From contig MTSL01000050.1 in assembly GCA_002794465.1 (NCBI GenBank), positions 43,077 to 75,076 on the forward strand: 32,000 nt of DNA, read 5' to 3'. The notes below the pieces were generated by a model. The model did not search any database, had not been told where the DNA came from, and saw only the letters and a program-made list of their open reading frames with translations. Positions 17,115-28,054 of the stretch are shown here, piece by piece. The stretch comes from Paramicrosporidium saccamoebae KSL3. Taxonomy: Eukaryota; Fungi; Cryptomycota. The position numbers and the translations under genes were made by a program. Position 1 is the stretch's first letter; every line of letters starts with the position of its first letter.

Positions 17115-18884
17115 TTACCATGCAAGTGTTACAAAATTGTCGCTGTACATACTTAAAAGATCCTGAAATTTCAGAATCAGCGCTACAATTACCACAAGAA
17201 TCACAGCCGCATTTTCCAAATTGCGGGGTTCTCGATGCAACGCAATAGTCGAGGCATAGTGATGTATTCGATTCAACTCAACAGACGAAGCACAGGCTCC
17301 CTTCTTACCAATCTCTAGGAATGCTGGTATAGAATCCATGAGTGGGCTGTCCAAGTCATCTCTGTCGGGTACGCAGCCCCACATCTTTGCATACTGCCTA
17401 TGTTTGTAAAAGGTCCAGTCCAACTTGTATTCCTCGTCAGTCCTACGCACACACGACTCGTAATCAAAGTCAGTGGATTTCCCAAACAGCGCTTCCCACT
17501 CAAAGTAGTTACGACACTCTCCCCAATACCCATCATGGCTCCGATTGTCAAACAGCAGCCATTTCTTTGTCGGTGCGCGAATCGATTCGAAAAGGGACCA
17601 TGCTGGCATATAGGCGGCGTTGAGATCCATCCTGCTCGCCATTATATAAATGGCAGTCTTGTGAGTAGTGGCTGGATACTCCTCAGAGAGTTTACGCTCG
17701 TTCAGGAAGGGATTCAGGAGTTTCCAATCTCGGTAATACACTTCCGGATAATACACTCCCGGGTGTAGGTCGGTGTGATCAGGGAGTGGTTCAGGTGCAG
17801 CACCCTTTGGGAAATCCTGGTACTTTATATCAATCAAGATAACAGAATTCACCAAAGAATTTATCCCAGGGACATCTTCATCGTTGACCGCTTGCAATGA
17901 GAAAGCCTCTATCATTGGCTGCAAGACTTTGGTACGATAATCTTCCGCATTGGTACACTTTTCGGTAGCCATAAGGAATGGGAGCAGGAGCTGCTGTGAC
18001 CTAAAGTCATTGCTTTCTATCGGCTCTCTTGAAGGAGTTAACAACCAATTATGCAGTATCCTTGAGATCTCGCGAGTACGTTCTCCCACTGTGCCTGTGA
18101 GCTTGCTCCCCAACTTGTCATGAAACATCTTGGTGCAGTCGTTGTAATACTCCTTACCCAAGTTCCAAACTGCCGAGTTCATGGACTCATAAACATTGCC
18201 TCCCATCTTACGGCGACAAAACTTGTCTTTGGCACATATTTCAGCCAGGCCAACCAGGCTCCTTTCATGCTCCCCTCCTGAAATTGGAGGAACACCTCCG
18301 AGAAAGACACTATCAAATATATTGGGAGTTAGTTGCACAACATGGTGGGCCCATTGAGCACCATACGAAAACCCGTGCAAAACAATTCGGGCTGAGGAGC
18401 CCACTTTCGATCGTATTGCCATGCCGAGCATGGACACATCTAAGGCTGCATTAGTCATGATCAAGTCTCGAACATCGCAGTCTCTACTCTTAACTGCCTT
18501 TGAGAGCGCATAATGGTTAGCCTTTAGTACAGTCCCTTTTAACGGGAACCCTCCCGAACGACCCAGCCCTCTGTGGTCAACGAGATACGCAGCGACAGGC
18601 CCACCATACTTTCTAATCAACCGAATCGCATTATTAGCTTCACCATCCCCATCGCATCCAGGACCACCGGCAAGTAGAATTACATGGACCTCCGGGCAAC
18701 TACCAGGTTTGATATATCGTTCAACATACAGCGAAAATTGTTTTCCCAGTGGTCTGTCATAATCGGAAGGTACATTTACTCTACCACTATGTACACCAAG
18801 TCCCTCGACCGAACAGCCTTCTCTAGTGCATGGTCCCCATTTTACTGTAGGATTCAACGCAGATAATTTGAGCTCGCGGCCCAT
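17115..18884 (-). CDS. Alpha/beta-hydrolase (S33/TAP-like serine hydrolase), copy 1, 589 aa
   Basis: LAGGPG, YLVDHRGLGRSG, GFSYG (Ser), SRMD (Asp), NRSHDG (His), C-terminal hydrophobic segment. Confidence 0.85.
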   Translation of the reverse strand: MGRELKLSALNPTVKWGPCTREGCSVEGLGVHSGRVNVPSDYDRPLGKQFSLYVERYIKPGSCPEVHVILLAGGPGCDGDGEANNAIRLIRKYGGPVAAYLVDHRGLGRSGGFPLKGTVLKANHYALSKAVKSRDCDVRDLIMTNAALDVSMLGMAIRSKVGSSARIVLHGFSYGAQWAHHVVQLTPNIFDSVFLGGVPPISGGEHERSLVGLAEICAKDKFCRRKMGGNVYESMNSAVWNLGKEYYNDCTKMFHDKLGSKLTGTVGERTREISRILHNWLLTPSREPIESNDFRSQQLLLPFLMATEKCTNAEDYRTKVLQPMIEAFSLQAVNDEDVPGINSLVNSVILIDIKYQDFPKGAAPEPLPDHTDLHPGVYYPEVYYRDWKLLNPFLNERKLSEEYPATTHKTAIYIMASRMDLNAAYMPAWSLFESIRAPTKKWLLFDNRSHDGYWGECRNYFEWEALFGKSTDFDYESCVRRTDEEYKLDWTFYKHRQYAKMWGCVPDRDDLDSPLMDSIPAFLEIGKKGACASSVELNRIHHYASTIALHREPRNLENAAVILVVIVALILKFQDLLSMYSDNFVTLAW

Positions 18885-19007
18885 TTAGTCCAAACAGCCA
18901 GGGATTTATTTCAAAGGGCGCTCCATAAACATTACTGTAAGAATATAATGTATCTACAGAGCAGGGATAGCGGGTCTTTGGATACATGACGACTTTAATG
19001 AAACGTA

Positions 19008-19285
19008 CATCTCTTAATAGGATTATTTGTAATGCTCATTCTCGTCTTTGCCATTATGCTATTCTTCAATGATTATATATGCATGCCATGTGCAGTATTT
19101 CAGGTCACGGCCTCCGCCTGTGGCGGCAGATGCCCGTCCCTGGGCCTTGGCACTTACTGATAAACAACGAAAGCTGTTCAATGCTATCGATCCACCCAGT
19201 AAGATCACATGATCCGATCGTATGTGCATTTGAAGTAATATAGAGTGATGAACAGCCTCTTGCTGCGTTTAACATGTCTAGGTTG
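19008..19285 (+). pseudogene. Decayed copy of SAC1 last-exon 3' end and 3' UTR (spacer 1)
   Basis: e.g. GCCTGTGGCGGCAGATGCCCGTCCCTGGGCCTTGGCACTTACTGATAAACA vs SAC1 GCCTGTGGCAGCATATGCCCGTCCCTGGGCCTCGGCGCTTGCTGATAAACA. Frameshifted. Confidence 0.9.
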
Positions 19286-19313
19286 TATATATTGGGCTTG
19301 TCAAAGTTTATAA

Positions 19314-21002
19314 TTAGGATGGACCCTGAAATTTCAAGAACACCATTGCAATCAATAAAAAGATTACAAAAGAAGTATTCAGAGGACTATATTTTCGATC
19401 CAACTCGGCAGGCGAAGCATGGACCCCCATCTCGCCCATCTCTAGGAATACTGGTATAGGATCCATGAATGGGCCGTCCAAGTCATTGCTGTCAGGTACG
19501 CAGTCCCACATTTGTGCGTACTTGTCATGCTCGGAAAAGGTCCAATCCAACTCATATACCTTTTCAGTCCTACGGACGCATGACTCGAAATCAAAGCCAG
19601 TGGATTTTCCAAAAAGAGCCTCCCACTCAAAGTAGTCATGGCATTCTCCCCAATACCCATCGTGCCACCGATTTTCGAACAGCAGCCATTTCTTTATCGG
19701 AGCGGCAATCAATTCGAAAAGGGACCATGCTGGCATATAAGAGGTGACAAGATCCATTTTGCTCGCCATCATATAGATTGCAGTCTTATGAGTAACGGCC
19801 GGGTGTTCCTTGGAAAGCTTGCGGCCCATCAGGAACGGGCTTAGAAGTTTCCATCGTTGGTGATACCATTCCGGATAATACACTTCCGGATGTAGGTCTA
19901 TGTAATCGAAGGGTGGTTCAGGCGTGCCGTTTGAGAAATCCCGATAGTCCACATCAATCAGGATAACAGAATTCACTACATCGTTCAACTCATCGTCATT
20001 TGATTCTTGCAGTGAGAGGATTTCTAGTATTGGCGACAAGACTTTGGTACGATATTCAAGCGCGTTGGTGCACTTTTCAGTAGCCATCAGGAGCGGAAGC
20101 AAGAGCTGCTGTGGCCTGAAATTATTGCTTTCGCACAATTTCCCCAAGGAATTTGTCAGCAGCTCATCCAACGCCTCGGAGATTTCGCGAGTACGCTCCC
20201 CTATTGTGCCTGTGAGTTTGTTTCCCAGCTTGCCATGAAACATCTTGTTGCATTCATTGTAGTATTCTTTACCCAATTTCCAAACTGCAGAGTTCATAGA
20301 CTTGTAAACATTGCCTCCCATCTTGCGGCGACAAAACTCGTCTTTGGCACACACCTCAGCCAGACCAACGAAACTATCTTTGTGCTCCACTCCTGAAACT
20401 GCAGGGACACCCCCGAGAAAGGCACTGTCGAATATGTTGGGGGTCAACTGCACGACATGGTGGGCCCATTGAGCACCATACGAAAACCCATGCAGAACAA
20501 TCCGGGCTGAGGTGTTTAATTCCGCTCGTATTGCCATGGCAAGCATGGACACATCCAAAGCTGCGTTAGTCATGGTCAAATCTTGAACATGAAAAGCACC
20601 ATCTTCAAATGATTTTGAAAGTGTATCGTGACTGGCCTTTAATACAGTACCCTCTAACAAAAACTTTCCCGAACGACCTAGCCCTCGGTGGTCAACGAGA
20701 TATGCAGCGACGGACCCGCCATACCCTCTAACCAACCGAGCCGCATGGCTTTGTTGATTCTTCCCATCATAACCAGGACCGCCGGCAAGTATTACTACAT
20801 GGACTTTTGGGTGACTACCACCTGGTTTGGTGTATCGTTCGACATATAGTGAGAATAGATTTTCTGATGGTTTATCGTAGTCTGATGGCACCGTTACTCT
20901 GCCCTTATGGACATCAAGTCCATTGACGTAACAGTCTTTTCTATTGCATGGCCTCCATTCAACTGTAGGATTCAAGACCGATAGTTTGGGCTCATGGTCC
21001 AT
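19314..21002 (-). CDS. Alpha/beta-hydrolase copy 2, 562 aa
   Basis: GGPG, DHRGLGRSG, GFSYG, SKMD, NRWHDG, hydrophobic tail. Confidence 0.85.
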   Translation of the reverse strand: MDHEPKLSVLNPTVEWRPCNRKDCYVNGLDVHKGRVTVPSDYDKPSENLFSLYVERYTKPGGSHPKVHVVILAGGPGYDGKNQQSHAARLVRGYGGSVAAYLVDHRGLGRSGKFLLEGTVLKASHDTLSKSFEDGAFHVQDLTMTNAALDVSMLAMAIRAELNTSARIVLHGFSYGAQWAHHVVQLTPNIFDSAFLGGVPAVSGVEHKDSFVGLAEVCAKDEFCRRKMGGNVYKSMNSAVWKLGKEYYNECNKMFHGKLGNKLTGTIGERTREISEALDELLTNSLGKLCESNNFRPQQLLLPLLMATEKCTNALEYRTKVLSPILEILSLQESNDDELNDVVNSVILIDVDYRDFSNGTPEPPFDYIDLHPEVYYPEWYHQRWKLLSPFLMGRKLSKEHPAVTHKTAIYMMASKMDLVTSYMPAWSLFELIAAPIKKWLLFENRWHDGYWGECHDYFEWEALFGKSTGFDFESCVRRTEKVYELDWTFSEHDKYAQMWDCVPDSNDLDGPFMDPIPVFLEMGEMGVHASPAELDRKYSPLNTSFVIFLLIAMVFLKFQGPS

Positions 21003-21249
21003 TTAACTCCGGCGGCCAGGGATTTGCTTCAGGGCGCACCATAAAAATTAATATGAAAAACACCATCTAGGGAGTAAGGATAAAAGATCTTTAGACGCCT
21101 CACAATTAAGGTGATTGTTGCCATCAATTTTAGTGCAATAACAATTAAATCATCGGCTCCCTGTCTCACTTTTAACAACGACAGCCAAGCTTTTCGTAAT
21201 ATTCCATCTTTGGTTTACTTTAGGTTTCACAGTTAGCACATGCCTCTGA

Positions 21250-21505
21250 ATGATATTGCTCGTGGTGTTCATCCTCCTCTTTATCACCATAATATACTAT
21301 ACGTGCAGTAACCCAGGCTGCGGCTTCCATCTGTGGCAGCATATGCTCGTCCCTGGGTCTCTGCGCCCGCTAGCAGACAAAGGAAGCTATTCAATTCAAT
21401 CGATCCGTTCTAAAAGTTCACGCAATCTAATCTTATGTGCAGGTTAAGTAATAAATAATGGAGCACAGTTCCTTGTTACTGCGCTCCTAAAGTCTAGATT
21501 GTCTA
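21250..21505 (+). pseudogene. Decayed SAC1 3' fragment (spacer 2)
   Basis: CTGTGGCAGCATATGCTCGTCCCTGGG...AGGAAGCTATTCAAT...AAAAGTTCACG...GTAATAAATA matches SAC1 ~16850-17105. Confidence 0.88.
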
Positions 21506-21538
21506 TATTGAAATTGTCACGCGGGCAGTACAAACTGG

Positions 21539-23263
21539 TCATAATCCATGTTGCGATGAAGACGAAATCTTCAATAGCAACATTACAACCATCAAAAGGA
21601 TTACAAAAGTACCATCCAGAGGGCGATATTCCCGATTCAACTTGACAGATGAGGCATAGATTCCCATCCTATTAATCTCTAAAAACACCGGCACAGGGTT
21701 TATGAGTGGACCGTCCAAGTCATTTCTGTCAGGTACGCAGTCCCACATCTTTGCATACTTGTCATTCTTGGAAAAGGTCCAATCCAACTTGTATTTCCTG
21801 TCAGTCCTACGCACACATGATTCGAAATCAAGGCCGGTGTGTCTCCCAAAAAGAGCCTCCCGCTCAAAGTGGTCAGAACATTCCCCTTCGTATCCATCAG
21901 GATGCCCGCGATTGTCAAACAGCAGCCATTTCTTTATCGGAGCATCAATCAAGTTAAAGAGGGACCATGCTGGCATGTAAGTGGTGTTGAGGTCCATCTT
22001 GCTTGCCATCATATAGATGGCCGTCTTCTTAGTGATAGCTGGATGCTCCTTGGAGAGTTTGCGGTTCATCAGGAACGGGCGTAGGAGCTCCCATCGTTGG
22101 TAATACCGTTCCGGATAGTACACTTCCGGATGTAGGTCTGTGTGATTGAAGGGTGGTTCAGGTATACCGTTTGAGAAATCTTGATAATCTACATCAATCC
22201 GAATAACCGAGTTGACTAAATCACTCCAATCATGAATATTGCAATCACCGGATATATCATTCTTTGGTTCTTGAATTGAGAGAATCTCTAGTATTGGCGA
22301 CAAGACTTTGATATGATATTCAAGCGCGTTGGTGCAAGTTTCAGTAGCCATCAGGAAGGGAAGCAAAAGCTGCTGTGGCCTGAAATCATTGCTTTCATCT
22401 AGCCTCTCTAAAGAATTTGTCAGCAGCTCATGCAATGCCTCGGAGATTCCGCGAGTATGCCTCCCTATTGTGCCTGTGAGTTTGCTCCCCAGCTTGCCAT
22501 GAAACATCTTGGTGCATTCGTTGTAGTATTCCTTTCCCAATTTCCAAACTGCAGAGTTCATAGATTTGTAAACATTGCCTCCCATCTTGCGGCGACAAAA
22601 CTCGTCTTTGGCGCACACCTCGGCCAGGCCAATCAAACTATCTTTGTGCTTAGCTCCTGAAATTGAAGGGACGCCTCCGAGAAAGGCACTGTCGAATATG
22701 TTGGGGGTCAGTTGCACGACATGGTGGGCCCATTGAGCACCATATGAGAACCCACGTAAAACAATCCGGGCTGAGGAGCCTACTTTTGATCGTATTGCCA
22801 TAGCGAGCATAGAAACATCCAATGCCGCATTAGTCATGATCAAGTCTCGAATGTCAAAAGCGCTGCCTTCGAATGCTCTTGAAAGTGTATCATGACTAGC
22901 CATTAATACAGCGTCCTCTAATGGGAACTCTCCCGAGCCTCCTAGTCCTCTGTGGTCAATGAGATATGTAGCAATAGACCCCCCATACTCTTTAACCAAC
23001 TGAACTGCCAGGAGTTGCTGACCCGTCCCACTGGAGCCAGGACCACCGGCAAGTATAATTACATGGACCTCCGGGCGAATACCAAGTTTGGTGTATCGCT
23101 CGACGTACAGCGAAAACCGTTTTCCCAGTGGTCTGTCATAATCTGAAGGCACATTTACTTTACCACTATGTACACCAAGTCCCTCGACCGAGCAGCCTTC
23201 TCTAGTGCATGGTCTCCATTTTACCGCAGGATTCAAAGCAGATAGCTTGAGCTCGTGGCCCAT
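21539..23263 (-). CDS. Alpha/beta-hydrolase copy 3, 574 aa
   Basis: GGPG, DHRGLGGSG, GFSYG, SKMD, NRGHPDG, hydrophobic tail. Confidence 0.85.
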   Translation of the reverse strand: MGHELKLSALNPAVKWRPCTREGCSVEGLGVHSGKVNVPSDYDRPLGKRFSLYVERYTKLGIRPEVHVIILAGGPGSSGTGQQLLAVQLVKEYGGSIATYLIDHRGLGGSGEFPLEDAVLMASHDTLSRAFEGSAFDIRDLIMTNAALDVSMLAMAIRSKVGSSARIVLRGFSYGAQWAHHVVQLTPNIFDSAFLGGVPSISGAKHKDSLIGLAEVCAKDEFCRRKMGGNVYKSMNSAVWKLGKEYYNECTKMFHGKLGSKLTGTIGRHTRGISEALHELLTNSLERLDESNDFRPQQLLLPFLMATETCTNALEYHIKVLSPILEILSIQEPKNDISGDCNIHDWSDLVNSVIRIDVDYQDFSNGIPEPPFNHTDLHPEVYYPERYYQRWELLRPFLMNRKLSKEHPAITKKTAIYMMASKMDLNTTYMPAWSLFNLIDAPIKKWLLFDNRGHPDGYEGECSDHFEREALFGRHTGLDFESCVRRTDRKYKLDWTFSKNDKYAKMWDCVPDRNDLDGPLINPVPVFLEINRMGIYASSVKLNREYRPLDGTFVILLMVVMLLLKISSSSQHGL

Positions 23264-23380
23264 TTAGCCCAAACAGCCGGGGATTTATTCCAAAGGGCGC
23301 TCCATAAACATTGCTGTAAGGATATAATGCATCCACAGAGTGGGGATAGCGGGTCTTTAGACACCCCACAGCTCGAATAA

Positions 23381-23740
23381 CCATTTCCATCAATTGGGCT
23401 ACCTATTCTTTGTCTCATTACTAATCATAGCCGCCAATTTTCTTGTCATACTCTATCTTTTGCTTACTTCTAGTTTCACAATCGGTATCTGTCTCTGAAA
23501 TGGCATTATTTGCAATGTTCTTCTTCACTATCAGGGCGTAACCTAGATATAGTATCCCAGGTTGAAGCCTCCGCCTGAGGCAGCACATGTCCGTCCATGG
23601 ACCTTGACACTTGCTGCTAAACAGAAGAAGTTGTTTAATGCCATTGATTCGTCCCAAAAAGCTTACGTGGTTTAATTGCACGTGTGCTTGGAATAGTGGC
23701 GAGCAGTTTCCTGTTGCTTTGTTCACAATGTCTGGGTTGT
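23381..23740 (+). pseudogene. Decayed SAC1 3' fragment, long type (spacer 3)
   Basis: CTTGTCATACTCTATCTTTTGCTTACTTCTAGT vs SAC1 CTTGTCATGTTCTATCTTTTGCTCACTTCCAGT. Homology extends from ~16730 to ~17105 of SAC1. Confidence 0.88.
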
Positions 23741-23786
23741 CGATTCGATTTGCCGTATGGGCAGTATAAATTTTCGCATCGCAGGC

Positions 23787-25499
23787 CTAGAACGGACTTG
23801 AGATTATCAGAACCAGCATTGCAAATACCAAAAACATCACCAAAGCATTGTTTGAAGAGCGGCATATTAGATCCAACTCGGCAGGCGAGGCATAAACTCC
23901 CCGATCACCAATCTCTAGGAATACCGGTACAGGGTCCATTAATGGGCCGTCCAAGTCATTTCTGTCAGGTACACAGTCCCACATTTGTGCATAATTTCTA
24001 TGACTGGAAAAGGTCCAGTCCAACTCATATACCTTGTCAGTCCTACGAACACACGACTCAAAATCAAAGCCAGTGGATTTTCCAAACAACGCCTCCCACT
24101 CAAAGTAGTCACGACACTCTCCCCAATATCCATCATGGCTCCGATTGTCGAACAGCAGCCATTTCTTTGTCGGAGTACCAACCAAGTTGAAAAGAGACCA
24201 TGCTGGCATGTAAGGGGTAATAAAATCCGCCTTGCTCGCCATTATATAAATATTAGTTATACGGGTATTGGCTGGATGCTCCTCAGAGAGCTTACGACCC
24301 TTCAGGAACGGTCCTAAGAGCTTCCATTTCCGGTAATAAACTTCTGGATAGTGCACTTCCGGATGTAGGTCCGTGTGATCGGAGAGCGGGTCAGGTGCGC
24401 CCTTTGGGAAATCTCTATGACACACATCAAGCTGAATAACACAATTCACTATGTAATTCTTCCCAGGAATAGTATCGCCACTGGCTGTATAATCATTCGG
24501 TTCTTGCAATGAGAGCGCCTCTATTATCGGCTGCAAAACTTTGGTACGATATTCTGCCGCATTGGTACACTTTTCGGTGGCCATTAGAAATGGGAGCAGG
24601 AGCTGCTGTGACCTAAAATTATTTCTTCCTTTCAGGTTTTTTGAAGAATTAGCCAACCATTTGTGTAGTATCCTTGAGATCTCGCGAGTACGCTCCCCAA
24701 CTGTGCCTGTTAGGTTGATTCCCAGCTCACCATGAAACATTTTGATGCATTCGTTGTAGTATTCTTTACCCAATTTCCAAACCGCAGAGTTCATAGACTC
24801 ATAAACATCGCCTCCCATCTTGCGACGACAAAAATCGTCCTTGGCACATATTTCAGCCAGGCCAGTTAAACTGTCTTTGGGCTCCACTCCTGAGATTGGA
24901 GGAGCACCTCCGAGAAAGGCACTGTCGAATAGATTGGGAGTTAGTTGCACGGCATGATGGGCCCACTGGGCGCCATAAGAAAACCCACGCAAAACAATCC
25001 TGGCTGAGGTGGTTAGTTCCGCTCGTATTGCCATGGCAAGCATGGACACATCCAACGCCGCATTAGTCATGATCAAGTCTCGAATATCAAAAGCACTGCC
25101 GTCAAATGCTTTTGAAAGTGTATCAAGGTTGAAATCTGATACCCCTCCCTCTAACGAAAACTCTCCCGAGCCTCCTAGTCCTCTGTGGTCAATGGTATAA
25201 GCAGCAATAGACCCGCCATACTCGCTAACCAGCCGAATCGCATGATGACGTTCTGTCTTCCCATCGTGGCCAGGTCCACCGGCAAGAAGAATCACGTGGA
25301 CTTTTGGGTGACTACCACCTGGTTTGGTATATCGTTCAATGTACAGCGAAAATTGCTTTTCTGATGGCTCGTCATAGTCTGACGGCACGTTTACTTTACC
25401 GCTATGTATGTCAAGCCCATTGACATGATAGTCTTTTCTAGTGCACGGCCCCCACTTAACTGTAGGATTCAAAGCAGATAGTATGGGCTCATGGCCCAT
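23787..25499 (-). CDS. Alpha/beta-hydrolase copy 4, 570 aa
   Basis: GGPG, YTIDHRGLGGSG, GFSYG, SKAD, NRSHDG, hydrophobic tail. Confidence 0.85.
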   Translation of the reverse strand: MGHEPILSALNPTVKWGPCTRKDYHVNGLDIHSGKVNVPSDYDEPSEKQFSLYIERYTKPGGSHPKVHVILLAGGPGHDGKTERHHAIRLVSEYGGSIAAYTIDHRGLGGSGEFSLEGGVSDFNLDTLSKAFDGSAFDIRDLIMTNAALDVSMLAMAIRAELTTSARIVLRGFSYGAQWAHHAVQLTPNLFDSAFLGGAPPISGVEPKDSLTGLAEICAKDDFCRRKMGGDVYESMNSAVWKLGKEYYNECIKMFHGELGINLTGTVGERTREISRILHKWLANSSKNLKGRNNFRSQQLLLPFLMATEKCTNAAEYRTKVLQPIIEALSLQEPNDYTASGDTIPGKNYIVNCVIQLDVCHRDFPKGAPDPLSDHTDLHPEVHYPEVYYRKWKLLGPFLKGRKLSEEHPANTRITNIYIMASKADFITPYMPAWSLFNLVGTPTKKWLLFDNRSHDGYWGECRDYFEWEALFGKSTGFDFESCVRRTDKVYELDWTFSSHRNYAQMWDCVPDRNDLDGPLMDPVPVFLEIGDRGVYASPAELDLICRSSNNALVMFLVFAMLVLIISSPF

Positions 25500-25620
25500 T
25501 TAACTCCGATGGCCAGGGCTCTACTTCAAAAGGCGCTTCATAGACATTAATGGGAGTATATTACATTCACAGAGTAGGGATAAAGGGGCCTTTAGTCACC
25601 TCATAGCTTGAATAAATCAT

Positions 25621-25880
25621 CCGTCTTTTAATGGCATTATTTGCAATTTTCCTCCCCCTTGCCACCATGGTTTTATTGGATAACGATGCACGCTACGCGC
25701 AATATCCCCAGGTGGCAGCACATGTCCGTCCCTGGGCCCCGGCTTTTGCTGATAAGTATAGAGAGCTGTTGAAGGTCATTATCCACCCAGAAAATACGGG
25801 ATAACCTGTATGGGATGCTAAACCAGACCCTACTGTTTACCAGCCTCTTGTTGCCGTGTCCATAGTGTCTAAGCTATCTG
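25621..25880 (+). pseudogene. Decayed SAC1 3' fragment (spacer 4)
   Basis: TTGCCACCATGGT, ACGCTA, GTGGCAGCACATGTCCGTCCCTGGGCCCCGGCTTTTGCTGATAA all match SAC1. Confidence 0.85.
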
Positions 25881-25936
25881 TAAGATCCTCCGTGCAGACA
25901 GTATAAAAATATCGCCGTGCATACTTAAAACAGGCC

Positions 25937-27637
25937 TTAAAATTTTAGAAGCAGCACTACAACTACCACAAGAATAATAGGCCCATTTTTCAAAATGCGG
26001 TATTCTCCATAAGAATTGGTGGCCGGGGCATAGACTCCCATCTCACCAATCTCTAGGAATGTTGATAAAGAGTCCCTAAATGGGCCATCCAAGTCATTTC
26101 TGTCGGGTACACAGTCCCACATTTGTGCATAATTTCTATGACTGGAAAAGGTCCAGTCCAACTCATATACCTTGTCAGTCCTACGGACGCACGACTCGAA
26201 ATCAAAGCTAGTGGACTTTCCAAAAAGAGCCTCCCTCTCGAGATAGTCATGGCATTCTCCCCAATATCCATCATGCCACCGATTGTCGAAAAGCAGCCAT
26301 TTCTTTATCGGAGCGTCAATCAAGTTAAAAAGAGACCACGCTGGCATGTAAGTGGTGTTGAGGTCCATCTTGCTCGCCATCATATATATGGCAGTCCTAT
26401 GAGTAATAGCTGGATGCTCCTTGGAGAGCTTGCGATCCTTCAAGAACGAATATAAGAGGTTCCATTTTTGGTAATACCACTCCGGATAACACACTGACGG
26501 ATGTAGGTCTGTGTGATCAGAGAGTGGCTCAGGCGCACCCTTTGGGAAATCCTGGTAGTCCATGCCAATCCGAACCACAGAATTTACTAAATCATTCAAC
26601 TCATGAAGACTACAGTCGCTGGATGAACGTCCATCTGGTCTTTGCGATGAAAGGGTTTCTATTATCGGCTGCAAGACTTTGGTACGATAATCTTCCACAT
26701 TGGTACACTTTTCGGTAGCCATAAGGAATGGGAGCAAGAGTTGCTGTGACCTAAAATTATTCCTCTCTTTCAGTTCCATTGAAGGATTGGCCAGCCAATT
26801 ATACAGTATCCTTGAGATCTCGCGGGTACGTTCCCCTACTGTGCCTGTGAGTTTGCTTCCCAGCTCACCATGAAACATCTTGGTGCATTCGTTGTAGTCT
26901 TCCTTACCCAAGTTCCAAACTGCAGAGTTCATGGACTCATAAACATCGCCTCCCATCTTGCGACGACAAAAATCGTCTTTGGCGCACACCTCAGCCAGGC
27001 CAATCAAATTATTTCTGTGCTCCATTCCTGGAATTGAAGGAACACATCCGAGAAAGGCACTGTCAAATATGTTGGGGGTCAGTTGCACGGCATGATGGGC
27101 CCATTGGGCGCCATAAGAAAACCCACGCAAAACAATCCTGGCTGAGGAGCCTACTTCCGTTCGTATTGCCATGGCGAGCACGGAAACATCCAACGCCGCA
27201 TTAGTCATGATCAGGTCTCGAATGTCAAAAGCACTGCCTTCAAATGCTTTTGAAAGTACATCATGGCTGGCCTTTAATACAGTACCCTCTAACAAAAACT
27301 TTCCCGAGCGTCCTAGTCCTCGATGGTCAACGAGATACGCAGCGACAGACCCACCATATTTTGTAATCAACCGAATTGCATGGCTTTGTTGACTCTTTCC
27401 ATCATAACCAGGACCACCGGCAAGTATAATTACATGGACTTTTGGGCGACTACCACCCGGTTTGGTGTATCGCTCGACATATAGTGAAAATAGATTTTCT
27501 GAGGGTTTATCGTAGTCTGATGGTACAGTTACTCTTCCCTTATGTACATCGAGCCCCTCAACAGAGCAATCTTTTCTAGTGCACAGTCTCCATTCAACTG
27601 TGGGATTCAAGACAGATAGTTCGGGCTCATGATCCAT
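25937..27637 (-). CDS. Alpha/beta-hydrolase copy 5, 566 aa
   Basis: GGPG, DHRGLGRSG, GFSYG, SKMD, NRWHDG, hydrophobic tail. Confidence 0.85.
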   Translation of the reverse strand: MDHEPELSVLNPTVEWRLCTRKDCSVEGLDVHKGRVTVPSDYDKPSENLFSLYVERYTKPGGSRPKVHVIILAGGPGYDGKSQQSHAIRLITKYGGSVAAYLVDHRGLGRSGKFLLEGTVLKASHDVLSKAFEGSAFDIRDLIMTNAALDVSVLAMAIRTEVGSSARIVLRGFSYGAQWAHHAVQLTPNIFDSAFLGCVPSIPGMEHRNNLIGLAEVCAKDDFCRRKMGGDVYESMNSAVWNLGKEDYNECTKMFHGELGSKLTGTVGERTREISRILYNWLANPSMELKERNNFRSQQLLLPFLMATEKCTNVEDYRTKVLQPIIETLSSQRPDGRSSSDCSLHELNDLVNSVVRIGMDYQDFPKGAPEPLSDHTDLHPSVCYPEWYYQKWNLLYSFLKDRKLSKEHPAITHRTAIYMMASKMDLNTTYMPAWSLFNLIDAPIKKWLLFDNRWHDGYWGECHDYLEREALFGKSTSFDFESCVRRTDKVYELDWTFSSHRNYAQMWDCVPDRNDLDGPFRDSLSTFLEIGEMGVYAPATNSYGEYRILKNGPIILVVVVVLLLKF

Positions 27638-27757
27638 TTAACTCCGACGGCCAGGGGTTTACTCCAATGGGAGCTCCATAAACATTAATATGAAAAATTA
27701 ATATCTAAGGCGTAAGGATAAAGGATCCGTGGGCACCTCACAGCTTGAATAAATCAT

Positions 27758-27970
27758 CCGTCTCTTAATGACATTACTTGTAATGTTTATATTTGCCATT
27801 GTAGTGTTCTTAAATGACAGTGTGCGCTACATTTAGTACCCCCAGGCTGTGATCTCTGCTTGTGGCAGCATATGCTTGTCAATGAGCCTCGGCGCTTGCC
27901 GATAACTAGAGAAAGCTGTTCAGTGAAATTAATCCACCCAGGAAGATTGCGCAATGATTCGTATATGTGG
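27758..27970 (+). pseudogene. Decayed SAC1 3' fragment (spacer 5)
   Basis: CCGTCTCTTAATGACATT, TGTGGCAGCATATGC and GCCTCGGCGCTTGCCGATAA match SAC1. Confidence 0.85.
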
Positions 27971-28054
27971 TCGGAATAATGGCAACTAATCTCTTGTTCC
28001 TGTGCTCTCAAATAAGTTCATCTTGGGGTATTACAATCCTGTTGCGGTGCACTT

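Noticed and set aside
18885-18910. Microsporidian-type CCC motif ~20 nt upstream of hydrolase ATGs (and of QCR6 and ATG4)
   Set aside because: Conservation in the array is explained by duplication, and a trinucleotide is too common to support without statistics.
20992-21066. Signal-peptide-like uORF MVFFILIFMVRPEANPWPPELNGP overlapping the copy-2 start in another frame
   Set aside because: Depends on a 2-nt deletion unique to copy 2, is not conserved in other copies, and no plausible intron joins it to the main frame.
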